From a bacterium (GTDB taxonomy: Bacteria > Hydrothermota > Tepidihabitantia > SM23-42): a stretch of 64,000 bases of DNA. The position numbers and the translations under genes are program-made. Every line of letters begins with the position of its first letter. Positions within the stretch are counted from its first letter, which is position 1. The notes below the pieces were generated by a model that saw nothing but the letters and a program-made list of their open reading frames with translations, did no database searches and was not told the DNA's origin. The stretch lies in contig JBARXB010000037.1 of the NCBI GenBank assembly GCA_049647165.1, positions 15,608 through 79,607 of the forward strand, read 5' to 3'. This document shows, piece after piece, positions 36,699 through 45,340 of the stretch.

Positions 36699-38354
36699 TT
36701 GAATAAAATTTCTCGACAGTTACTTGTTTTTTTGATAACCGGTTTCTTTTGTTTTAATTTTGGAAAGTCGGTTGATGAGTACATAATAGAAGCGCAAGGA
36801 TACTTGAACATAAATAACATAGAACAGGCGATCGCAATAATGGAACAAGCGGTCAAAGAGTATCCTGATAGTTCTGTCGTCTACACCTATTTAGGCGTAT
36901 TCTACAGTGAAAGGGCGCAGGGGGTGGCAGATTTTTCAAAGATATTCGAAGTGCTCGAAAAAACTTTTGCGATGTGGGATAAGGCTGTAGAGCTTGATCC
37001 AAATAATTTCGAAGCTCTTTTCTATCGCGGTGCGTGGGGTGTTTCGATCCCGAAATTCGCCGGACGGACTCAAAACGGGGTCATGGATCTTGAAACCGTT
37101 GTCATGGTCTTTGAACAGGCGGGTGATTCTTCTCTGCAGGAATATCTGGTCCAGGCGTACCACTATTTGGGAACTGGTTATCAAAAACTTATGGAGCTGG
37201 AAAAAGCAAAGATGTATTATAATAAGGTGATTAAGGCCGCGCCGGGTACTGACCTGGCCGAACAGGCGCAGGGAAATGTATCGAGAATAGTTGATTTTGA
37301 AAAATGGCAATCACAGCACGATATTCAAACCAAGGTCGAGAACCCCCAAATTACTGAACTGAAGCAGAAACTTGCTCAAGATCCTGGTGATATTGGGTCA
37401 ATATTATCCCTGGGTCAGCAATACCTGGACATTGGCAGATACCAGGATGCCGCAGGTTTACTACAGGAAGCTACAAGGATAGATTCAACGAATGTCGATA
37501 TTTATAAGTTGCTCGCCTTAGCTCTTCAAAATTATGCCGGCGAAGAATACAATGCGAGAATATCGCTCGATACTGATTTCCGAACTGACCTGGCTTTTGG
37601 ATTGATGGCGGTTCTCGACAAGGCAGTGGCTATCGCACCTGATGATATCCAGCTGAGGTTCTGGCGCGGTGTCGCCGGTGTAAACATGCCGTTTTTTGTG
37701 GGTAAGCTGGAGCAGTCCATTGATGAGTTGAATTTGGTAGTGCAGAGTGATTTGCCTGACGCTGATAAGGCTCAAGCCTTATACTGGCTTGGATTGGCTT
37801 ATCAGAAAAAAGCCATGACGCATTGGATACAAATCGTGACCGAGTATCCTGATCTTGAAGCAGCCCAGATGGTATTCGATGAAATAGCTCCCCGCATCGA
37901 CCGGCTCGATCTTGTAACACAAAAAAAGCCATACGTGACGATCGATTTCATTATGGGCTTTCGCGACGAGCTTGCTCCGCAGAGCGCGGTGTGGGTCGAA
38001 GACAAAGATGGTAAATTCATCAAAACAATTTACGTATCTGGTTTTAGCGGTTATGCCAGGGGCAAGCAGGTGAACTTACCGATGTGGTCGCATTCTTCAG
38101 AATACAAAGACGTCGATGGCGTCACCGCGGCCAGCATTGATCTTGGTCATCATGTCTATGTCTGGGACCTCAAAGATTTCTCCGGCAAACAAGTGAAGTC
38201 AGGTGAATATGCCGTTATTGTCGAAGTTGCCTTCTGGCCGAGTATGCAGTATCAGAGAGTTTCAGCAATGGTTGAGATCGGGAAGAAAAATAAGAAAGTG
38301 ATCATCGAAGAAGGAAACCTGATCCCTTATCTGGAAATTGACTATACAAAGTAG
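36699..38354 (+). CDS. TPR-repeat protein with C-terminal DUF2271-like domain
   Basis: TTG start with SD AAGGAGG. TPR-like helices. The C-terminal segment SAVWVEDKDGKFIKTIYVS...VDGVTAASI...WDLKDFSGKQVKSGEYAVIVEV resembles DUF2271, from memory. Confidence 0.55.
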   Translation: MNKISRQLLVFLITGFFCFNFGKSVDEYIIEAQGYLNINNIEQAIAIMEQAVKEYPDSSVVYTYLGVFYSERAQGVADFSKIFEVLEKTFAMWDKAVELDPNNFEALFYRGAWGVSIPKFAGRTQNGVMDLETVVMVFEQAGDSSLQEYLVQAYHYLGTGYQKLMELEKAKMYYNKVIKAAPGTDLAEQAQGNVSRIVDFEKWQSQHDIQTKVENPQITELKQKLAQDPGDIGSILSLGQQYLDIGRYQDAAGLLQEATRIDSTNVDIYKLLALALQNYAGEEYNARISLDTDFRTDLAFGLMAVLDKAVAIAPDDIQLRFWRGVAGVNMPFFVGKLEQSIDELNLVVQSDLPDADKAQALYWLGLAYQKKAMTHWIQIVTEYPDLEAAQMVFDEIAPRIDRLDLVTQKKPYVTIDFIMGFRDELAPQSAVWVEDKDGKFIKTIYVSGFSGYARGKQVNLPMWSHSSEYKDVDGVTAASIDLGHHVYVWDLKDFSGKQVKSGEYAVIVEVAFWPSMQYQRVSAMVEIGKKNKKVIIEEGNLIPYLEIDYTK

Positions 38355-38359
38355 CCCCG

Positions 38360-40111
38360 ATGATATTAATGAGTTTGGTTTTTTTGCTTAATGCTGAACC
38401 AATACTCTCACGCGTAAAGATATATTATCATGACCATACCCAACTAATAAAGATCGTGCAAACACCAGAGGTCTCCGTGCTCAGGCACCAAGCCGGTGAT
38501 TATCTTGAAGCTGTCATAGAATCTGATGATATAAGAGTGCTCGATGCTTCGGGGCTGGAATATGAGATTGTCTTAGATGACATCGCCCGACATTACGAGC
38601 AGCTGCGCAGAGACACAAGGGGTGGCATATTCGGCAACTATTATCTATATAACGAGGTACTTCAGGAAATACTCCAGTTACAAGCCCAGTATCCGGATTT
38701 GCTTAAGGTTGATTCATTGGCGATCCGCTCCATTGAAGACCGTGCGCTTTATACGGTCAAGGTATCAAGCAGCCCCGGCGTAAATAATGGCAAACCTGAA
38801 GTTCTTTTTTCCGGTGCCATACATGCATATGAACCGATCGGCGTATCAGTATGCATGACCGATATGACTCATCTTTGTGAGAATTATGTTTCAGATTCGG
38901 AAATTCAGTGGCTCGTCGATAACCGACAGGTCTATTTTATCCCGGTCATGAATCCTGATGGCTACGTATACAATGAAACTTATCCATCAATGATGTGGCG
39001 CAAGAACCGAAGATATAACTCGGGAGGTTCTTACGGGGTCGACCTCAATCGTAATTACCCTTACAAGTGGGGGTATGATAATGTCGGTTCCAGTCCAAAC
39101 CAGTCTGCCTGGAATTATCGCGGCACTGCTCCGGCGTCAGAGCCTGAAACCCAGGCGGTAATTGATTTTGTAAATGCGCACCAATTTCGAACCTGGCATA
39201 ACCATCATTCACCAGGTGATGTATTGCTCATTCCTTTTTCATACATAAATAGTTATCCCTGGGATGATACGCTTGAATACTATACGATATGCCGTGAAGA
39301 AAGTCTGCTTTATGGATTCCTGGACTGGGGTAATTCAACACAGGCATATGGCTACCCGTGCAATGGCGAGTTAGGTGACTGGGCATGGTGTGATTCTGCG
39401 ACCTATATGATTTTTGGATTGGTTCCAGAGCTTGGCCCTGACTACTGGGGTGGTTTGAACGATACCGCAGAGATAGTTGGTATCTGCCAGGGTATGCTCC
39501 AGGCTGAGCTCTACCTTATGGAAGTGAGCGGGTTTTTCCCCGTGTTTTCCGACTTCGCTGTCATTGATACTTTTGCAAATGCCAATAATGACGGTGTGCT
39601 CAATCCTGGGGAAACTGCAAGTCTGCATATCGTAGTACAGAACAAAGCGGTAGTGGATACGGCTTCTGGTCTATATGGTTATCTCAGTACCTCTCACGGG
39701 CAAATCAATATTGTGGATTCGATCGGGAATTATGGCGATGTGATAAGACTTGCCCAGGCTTCAAATAGCGCTGATCCTTTTGGCGTTGCCTGCAGCACTG
39801 GAGCCACGCCCTATGACTGGGTGCATTTTGCTCTCAACCTTATCTGGGATCAAGGTGTATATGAAAAAACTCTGATCTGCTCATTGCAGATCGGTCCACA
39901 GATCGGAGTTAGCGAACACGTTCGAAGGGTAAAGGATCCATCATTAATATGGCCAACGATTATCAACGGCTCAATGCAATTGCCCAAAGATTTATCATAT
40001 AAGCTTTTCGATATCACCGGACGCGAAGCAGTCGATCAACACCTTGCCCCAGGGATATATTTTGTCGAAATAGATGGCAAGATAACACAGAAAATAGTCA
40101 AGATAAGATAA
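38360..40111 (+). CDS. M14-family zinc carboxypeptidase with short-form T9SS sorting domain
   Basis: Motifs IHAYEPIG (HxxE), NPDGYVY, WRKNRR, GVDLNRNY. C-terminus LPKDLSYKLFDITGRE...PGIYFVEIDGKITQKIVKIR. Confidence 0.85.
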   Translation: MILMSLVFLLNAEPILSRVKIYYHDHTQLIKIVQTPEVSVLRHQAGDYLEAVIESDDIRVLDASGLEYEIVLDDIARHYEQLRRDTRGGIFGNYYLYNEVLQEILQLQAQYPDLLKVDSLAIRSIEDRALYTVKVSSSPGVNNGKPEVLFSGAIHAYEPIGVSVCMTDMTHLCENYVSDSEIQWLVDNRQVYFIPVMNPDGYVYNETYPSMMWRKNRRYNSGGSYGVDLNRNYPYKWGYDNVGSSPNQSAWNYRGTAPASEPETQAVIDFVNAHQFRTWHNHHSPGDVLLIPFSYINSYPWDDTLEYYTICREESLLYGFLDWGNSTQAYGYPCNGELGDWAWCDSATYMIFGLVPELGPDYWGGLNDTAEIVGICQGMLQAELYLMEVSGFFPVFSDFAVIDTFANANNDGVLNPGETASLHIVVQNKAVVDTASGLYGYLSTSHGQINIVDSIGNYGDVIRLAQASNSADPFGVACSTGATPYDWVHFALNLIWDQGVYEKTLICSLQIGPQIGVSEHVRRVKDPSLIWPTIINGSMQLPKDLSYKLFDITGREAVDQHLAPGIYFVEIDGKITQKIVKIR

Positions 40112-40120
40112 AGCACAGAC

Positions 40121-40337
40121 AGTAGGGAGTAGAGAGTAAAGTGTAGAGAGTAAAGAGTAGGGAGTATGGCGTAATGAGAAAGCATATTAGGAAATCAGAG
40201 TATCAGTAGGAAGCGGATCAGGCTATCAGAAAACCAGGTAAATAAAAAGACTAAATATTAAATCGTATTCGTGAGTCGTTTTTCGTGTTCGTAATATTAT
40301 ATAATAACGGATACGATTTACGAGATACGAGTACGAA
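40121..40337. repeat. phase-locked degenerate heptanucleotide array (about 31 units)
   Basis: AGTAGGG AGTAGAG AGTAAAG TGTAGAG AGTAAAG AGTAGGG AGTATGG CGTAATG AGAAAGC. In the same register further on: AGTAGGA (40205), TTCGTGA GTCGTTT TTCGTGT TCGTAAT (40268-40295), GATACGA TTTACGA GATACGA GTACGAA (40310-40337). Confidence 0.85.
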
Positions 40338-40621
40338 CTTCTGATATCATGATATACTTTGTAAACCAAACGATCCGAACGTTCAAATATGTAAAAATTT
40401 ACCCAATATAAGGTATTATCTTCACACATACGAATGTTCAGCGAAAAAACGCATTGAATTACACAATATTATTTCAAAAATTGGGCATGGATATTGCTTG
40501 ATATACACTTAAAGGACCTGCACTGATAATGGAAAATATTACTACTAATATAATAACGCAAGCAGAAGAAAGAGGAGGTCCCGTTACTTTTTCGAGGCAA
40601 CGTGGCCATTGGAGGTGATTT

Positions 40622-40891
40622 ATGGTTGGAACAGTGAGTAAAGTCGAACCAGAAGTATGTACCTATATAGATCCACAAGAGAATAGCTTAACGATCGAAA
40701 TTATTCTACCTGGCGCTCACAAGAATAGCATCAAGCTAAAAGTCAATTCGCGATGTTTGCTCGTCTATGCGGCTTCAGATAGTGTCAACTATGCAAAATA
40801 CCTTTCATTCAAAGATCCAGTGGCGGCTGAACAGGCAAAGGCTGAATACGAACATGATATATTACGCATCACCGTGCCCCTGAGGGCTTGA
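40622..40891 (+). CDS. minimal alpha-crystallin-domain (Hsp20-like) protein
   Basis: SD GGAGGTG. ACD-like sequence PEVCTYIDPQENSLTIEIILPGAHKNSIKLKV...YLSFKDPVAAEQAKAEYEHDILRITVPL, without N- or C-terminal arms. Confidence 0.6.
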   Translation: MVGTVSKVEPEVCTYIDPQENSLTIEIILPGAHKNSIKLKVNSRCLLVYAASDSVNYAKYLSFKDPVAAEQAKAEYEHDILRITVPLRA

Positions 40892-40966
40892 CGATGTGAA
40901 ATCCCGGGATAAGGGGAATGGTATTATGAACTAATTAGTAAGGTAATGATATGTTCTCATAGAATT

Positions 40967-40996
40967 GGAGTGGTGTATATCGCCACTCCTTTTTTT
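40967..40996. terminator. intrinsic terminator
   Basis: GGAGTGG-TGTATATCG-CCACTCC followed by TTTTTTT. Confidence 0.7.
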
Positions 40997-41009
40997 ATTG
41001 TAGGAATCT

Positions 41010-41915
41010 CTATTGAATATCTGAATAAGGATCGCTGGAGAATAACCAGAAATTACCGGTGCCGATTTTTATTCTCGGCATTGATACTCCTTGTCCTAGC
41101 ACGCCACCGAGGTCATCTATGACAATTTCACTGACCGGATAAGTACGTATTTCGTCAGGTGAGACCGTGATGATCTCCGATGTCCCGCCTTCAATAGCAA
41201 ATTCACTGGCGCATGAAGCATAACCCTCTACGATCTCACCGCCAGTAAGAATGCATTTTTCGGTTATTTCAAGGACGAGCGCATTTGTTTCAATCGACCA
41301 TGTTCCGGATATGCTCGACAGACGGTTACCCCAATCCATCTGATTGGCAGTGATCTTGAATGCATGATCAGGGTAAAAATAGATCAGCTCGCCATAACCC
41401 GCGGCAACGATCGGGCTTACATGCCAGATACCGATCAACTGGTCATCATCTATATCCACTGCCTGTGTTTTCTTATACGCTAACTCGAACCCCCTGATCC
41501 TTTCAATATTCATTGAATCGACCCAGGTTATATAATCGGTAACATCACTGGTAAGCGGTTCATACCAGTCGAATTTATTGAACCATTCTTGTAATTCTTT
41601 TGATTTGAACGCGTACGCATGCTGGGCATAGATCATATTCCTCAATAATCTAAGTTCATATTCATTGAGTATCGCCAGATTATCATCTGAAAATACTCGC
41701 TGGAGTTCCTCACGCTCGCCGTCATAAATTGCTTTGATTGCGTTATCATTATTGAACTGTTCATAGGATTGTTTCTGGAATTCCTCGATCTCCGCTTCGG
41801 TAAAAGAAAATAAAAACAAAGGGATCAATAGCGCAATGATCTTAAGGTGCGATCTATGCATATGTAAACATTTTATCTCCTGTTCAGCGATTGTCAAGAC
41901 CTCGTCGATCTGCAA
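41010..41915 (-). CDS. YARHG-domain secreted protein
   Basis: LRLLRNMIYAQHAYAFKSKELQEWF matches the YARHG domain pattern. Signal peptide IIALLIPLFLFSF. The exact start is uncertain (TTG at 41915 or ATG at 41861). Confidence 0.6.
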   Translation of the reverse strand: MQIDEVLTIAEQEIKCLHMHRSHLKIIALLIPLFLFSFTEAEIEEFQKQSYEQFNNDNAIKAIYDGEREELQRVFSDDNLAILNEYELRLLRNMIYAQHAYAFKSKELQEWFNKFDWYEPLTSDVTDYITWVDSMNIERIRGFELAYKKTQAVDIDDDQLIGIWHVSPIVAAGYGELIYFYPDHAFKITANQMDWGNRLSSISGTWSIETNALVLEITEKCILTGGEIVEGYASCASEFAIEGGTSEIITVSPDEIRTYPVSEIVIDDLGGVLGQGVSMPRIKIGTGNFWLFSSDPYSDIQ

Positions 41916-42012
41916 TTTGATTTGCGAAACTTTTAAATATAAAAAGGGTACTGGGGGTAGACAGCCTATACTTTAATGTATATAATAATATTATTAGCGA
42001 ATTAAGTGCAGG

Positions 42013-42049
42013 GATTCGACGATTTTGTCGAATCTACAGTTTTGTCGAG
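42013..42049. promoter_or_regulatory. candidate enhancer (UAS) for the sigma54 activator
   Basis: Palindrome GATTCGAC-N6-GTCGAATC at 42013-42034, plus a direct repeat of TTTTGTCGA at 42023 and 42040. It lies about 60-80 bp upstream of the -24 element. Confidence 0.45.
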
Positions 42050-42089
42050 TTATATTTCTAAGAAACGATGGAATAACATACCTTTTTTG

Positions 42090-42105
42090 TGGCACGTTTT
42101 TTGCA
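42090..42105 (+). promoter_or_regulatory. sigma54 (-24/-12) promoter
   Basis: TGGCACG-TTTT-TTGCA is an exact match to the TGGCACG-N4-TTGCW consensus. SD AAGGAGG and the ATG at 42131 follow. Confidence 0.8.
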
Positions 42106-42130
42106 TAATACTTGTTTAAAGGAGGTTTAC

Positions 42131-42868
42131 ATGAAAATGCTAACGGGCGCTATAATTGTATTCAGTATTACAGGTATGCTTTTTGCAGGAGATATTAAGG
42201 TAGTCGGTGAGGTAGTCGATATCCAGCCGATTAGATTGACAGAGAACAGTGTCGAGATTCTGCAGGTACAATTGAGGATTGAAAATCGTGAAATGGTAGT
42301 GGCTTATCTCGGACCAGCATGGATGTTCGATATGGAATTGGAAGAAGGTGATGAGCTGACTTGCATCGGTAAGTATAATGGCGACAACCAATTCATGGTC
42401 CGCGAAATGTTGCGCAATACAGTCCGATATCTTGTCCGGGGTGAAGGTTACGAACCGCTCTGGCTCAGAACCAAGCTGCAGAACGAGAATCAGTTTTATA
42501 ATCCGCAAAACGAGAAGATGGTAAAAGGTACGGTCGAAGATCTTTATATCGATGAGCAATCAATGATAATGGAGGCCCAGGTTAAAGCAGAGAACGGCGA
42601 GAACGTCAGGGTAAAATTAGCTCCTGAATGGTACCTACAGAATAATCTCAGAATCGGTGACGAGTTGGAATTAAGAGGTTCGGCAGTAAAATCAGACGGC
42701 CAGGTGATGATCCTTGCCCGCCAGATGAGAAACCTGCGGACACAGCAAGAAATAATGCTGAGAAACCAGCAGGGATTTCCCCAATGGTGCGGCAAAGGTG
42801 CCTGTTTGAACAAACAAAAAGGACTGCCCTGCTGCCAGGACGATAAACCGACGCGTGGTAAGAAGTAA
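42131..42868 (+). CDS. secreted protein with two tandem OB-fold-like modules
   Basis: I prefer the start at MKMLTGAIIVFSITGMLFA, a signal peptide preceded by an SD. The ORF-track start at 42089 would lie inside the sigma54 promoter. The module is duplicated: VAYLGPAWMFDMELEEGDEL and VKLAPEWYLQNNLRIGDEL. Confidence 0.6.
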   Translation: MKMLTGAIIVFSITGMLFAGDIKVVGEVVDIQPIRLTENSVEILQVQLRIENREMVVAYLGPAWMFDMELEEGDELTCIGKYNGDNQFMVREMLRNTVRYLVRGEGYEPLWLRTKLQNENQFYNPQNEKMVKGTVEDLYIDEQSMIMEAQVKAENGENVRVKLAPEWYLQNNLRIGDELELRGSAVKSDGQVMILARQMRNLRTQQEIMLRNQQGFPQWCGKGACLNKQKGLPCCQDDKPTRGKK

Positions 42869-43862
42869 GCCTTTCTGGATCGGGGGAGGACTCGTCCTCC
42901 CCCTTTTGATCTTTGCCTGGTCAAAGACAGGAATCTCTGTTTCACAGCTGCTGACCGATAACGTATATCTTTTAAATATGAAAAGCAGCGGTCTTATGTT
43001 CGCGCTCGGTCCATTTATTGAACTTGACGATTTTGTCGCGCTGCGCGCCGATGCTTTTTTTTTCAACGTGAATTTCAATAGCGACAATACAGTTTTTTTA
43101 AGCGGCTGTCAGGTCCAGAAGGTCTTTCAGCTTCCCATGATCGGCAATAATGATGCGCTTTATATCAACGCTAGTGTATTTTTGCCGAGCTATTACACGG
43201 ATTATTCCTTTACTGAATTTAAGCTTGGTGATTCCTTAGGCATATACTTTGCCAGTAAGTACCGCTGGGTCACGGATGCGGCAATTGAGTACCGGAACTT
43301 CATGGCGGATTCCATCGATAGTTATTTTCAGCCGGAGTTCAGCACATCGGTTACCCTGCCGATCCCGTATGCTTTTCTGTCACCCAAGATTCATGCCGGT
43401 ATTAAGAAGTATGAGAACAGAGATATTCCTTTTTACGACTTATCATTGAATTTTGCCCTGCCACTGACTTATAGCTATTCATGCAGTTTTATTTTTGATT
43501 TCTATCGTGCCGGTTCACCAAACGAAGGTTCTCCGCTTACCGGCTCTTATGCTGACGATCCTTTTTTTGAGCAGGAAAACATCCACCAGTCGACAGATTT
43601 GACATTTTATTTCAACCGGCTTTTCATCAGACAATATGCCGAGCTGGGCATTGAATTCGAGGTCTATAATAGAGATTTCTTCGAGGTCGAGTCGCTGGAA
43701 AGAAACGACAGGGGTGCGCGGTTGAGAGCGGAATTCACCAAGTCTCTGAACAGTCATTTTGCTATGGTATTAGGAATTGAATCAATTTTTAATTCTTCAA
43801 GTGCTGCTGATTTCAGCTATACAAAGACCGGTTTGGAGCTAAACATCGAATGGATTTTTTGA
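42855..43862 (+). CDS. putative outer-membrane beta-barrel protein
   Basis: The GTG-start version has a signal-peptide-like N-terminus (MVRSKPFWIGGGLVLPLLIFAWS). The C-terminal ...LELNIEWIF ends in Phe, an OMP beta-signal. An alternative ATG at 42978 would lack a signal peptide. Confidence 0.45.
   Translation: MVRSKPFWIGGGLVLPLLIFAWSKTGISVSQLLTDNVYLLNMKSSGLMFALGPFIELDDFVALRADAFFFNVNFNSDNTVFLSGCQVQKVFQLPMIGNNDALYINASVFLPSYYTDYSFTEFKLGDSLGIYFASKYRWVTDAAIEYRNFMADSIDSYFQPEFSTSVTLPIPYAFLSPKIHAGIKKYENRDIPFYDLSLNFALPLTYSYSCSFIFDFYRAGSPNEGSPLTGSYADDPFFEQENIHQSTDLTFYFNRLFIRQYAELGIEFEVYNRDFFEVESLERNDRGARLRAEFTKSLNSHFAMVLGIESIFNSSSAADFSYTKTGLELNIEWIF
42882..42907 (+). terminator. strong intrinsic-terminator-like hairpin 14 nt after the first gene of the sigma54 operon
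   Basis: GGGGGAGGA-CTCG-TCCTCCCCC followed by TTTT. Confidence 0.6.
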
Positions 43863-43888
43863 CAAATTATCTGAGCCATGGATAGATC

Positions 43889-45340
43889 ATGAAGAAAACA
43901 GGCTTAATACTCTTAATTATTTCTTTTAGCGTTATTATTTTTATTTATATCATGGTAAGCCTGGCGAACTGGAATATTGAGCGCATGTACAAAAACAGCT
44001 CGGAGAACACCTTTTATCTTGTATCTCTTATGATCGATCACTATCTTCGGGACGGAAGGACGGTCGAGGATATTCAGGTTGCAGGTATTAGGCAGATGTT
44101 TAAAAAAAATGAACGCGGCAGCCCAGCTACGTATCAAGAACTTGTCGCTCGATACCCCGAGGGTTTTTGGATCTTTAAGTACGATTCAGTCATCAGCCGT
44201 CTATATAAACTGAGCGGCGAGGATGAAATCCTTGATTTCTATCAACGTAACCTGCAGGGCAATGATGCGCATGCGGTGGTCATTATCGATGGTCAGTCGT
44301 ACTATCTCGTTAACACAGTTACGAACGTACATGAAATCCTCGTTATCGATGCCGCGAGGGGTCCTTTGCTCATACACATAAATGAACTGCTCGATTCACT
44401 CATACTTGCATCGAATCTCCTTTATTATGCTGTTCTTGATACGAGTAATAGTCCGGTTATTTTTAGCACGCTGTACGAAAATTTTCTTCCGCTGCGCGGT
44501 GAGGGTGTTCATAAAATAAAGACCCTGGACGGTAATGTATTTCATATTGAAACAGGCCTGGCTGACAGGAAATTTATTGCTGGTTTTTCTATGCGGTCAC
44601 TCGAGCGAATAACATCAGCAAACAACTTATTTTTTCTCTTTGCCGCTATTGTCTTTATCCTGCTCGAACTAACACTCTTTTTTACGGTCGCCAGGTTTCA
44701 GAAATTCAAAGCAGCAAAAGAAAAACAGGTTGGAGCGCTAAGAGAGATCAGTGCTCTTTCTACCGGATTCGCACACGAGTTCAGGAATTCCTTGCACACT
44801 CTTTCCCTGTTGGCTCGGGATCTTAGCAGTGACAACAAGAGAATCCTTACCGAAGAGATTGGCCGCATGAATACGGTCATGGATTCTTTAAAGCTGGTCG
44901 GGATGACGAGCTCACGTAAAGAAAACATCGTATTGCGTGATGCGGTGGCTGAAGCGATTTCGCTTTTAAGCAACATGTTCTTAAACGCTGCACCTCATAT
45001 CGTGAACGAGGTCGATCCGGAAGTCGCCGTGCTGGGACAGAGAACCCTGCTCGTTACTGTTTTTTCAAATCTTATACGCAACAGCATTGAAGCCCGGGCG
45101 AGCAATGTCACAGTTAGCACTTCTCGGCAGGGGAATGAGATAGACATTACCGTGATCGATGATGGTGGGGGTATTGACCGGGATATACTCGACCGTATTT
45201 TTGAACCCTTCTTTTCTAAAAAGGAGCACAGCGGTCTGGGGCTTTATCTTGTTAAACGAATAATCGATCTTCATGACGGTACGATCATCGCAGAATGCAC
45301 AGACAAAACTGTTTTCCGGATTACATTGAAGGCGGTATGA
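43889..45340 (+). CDS. sensor histidine kinase
   Basis: N-terminal TM, periplasmic domain, second TM, H-box FAHEFRNSLH, and ATPase G-box GLGLYLVKRIIDLHDG. Confidence 0.85.
   Translation: MKKTGLILLIISFSVIIFIYIMVSLANWNIERMYKNSSENTFYLVSLMIDHYLRDGRTVEDIQVAGIRQMFKKNERGSPATYQELVARYPEGFWIFKYDSVISRLYKLSGEDEILDFYQRNLQGNDAHAVVIIDGQSYYLVNTVTNVHEILVIDAARGPLLIHINELLDSLILASNLLYYAVLDTSNSPVIFSTLYENFLPLRGEGVHKIKTLDGNVFHIETGLADRKFIAGFSMRSLERITSANNLFFLFAAIVFILLELTLFFTVARFQKFKAAKEKQVGALREISALSTGFAHEFRNSLHTLSLLARDLSSDNKRILTEEIGRMNTVMDSLKLVGMTSSRKENIVLRDAVAEAISLLSNMFLNAAPHIVNEVDPEVAVLGQRTLLVTVFSNLIRNSIEARASNVTVSTSRQGNEIDITVIDDGGGIDRDILDRIFEPFFSKKEHSGLGLYLVKRIIDLHDGTIIAECTDKTVFRITLKAV

Noticed and set aside
40121-40337. 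The short-period arrays as a CRISPR array or as a CsrB/RsmZ-like GGA-rich sponge RNA.
   Set aside because: The units are 7-8 nt with no spacers, so this is not a CRISPR array. GGA motifs occur, but not in a hairpin-loop arrangement that I could fold, and the other arrays (GTAATTRA, GCNCTNT) lack GGA.
40441-40621. RNA thermometer (ROSE or fourU) in the leader of the minimal Hsp20-like gene.
   Set aside because: Two SD-like sequences and a U-run are present. I could not find a convincing anti-SD pairing or the ROSE consensus, and no CIRCE element is present either.
42140-43087. Three overlapping minus-strand ORFs (42140-42559, 42544-42945, 42692-43087).
   Set aside because: They are antisense to the sigma54-driven genes, have no SDs or motifs, and overlap each other.
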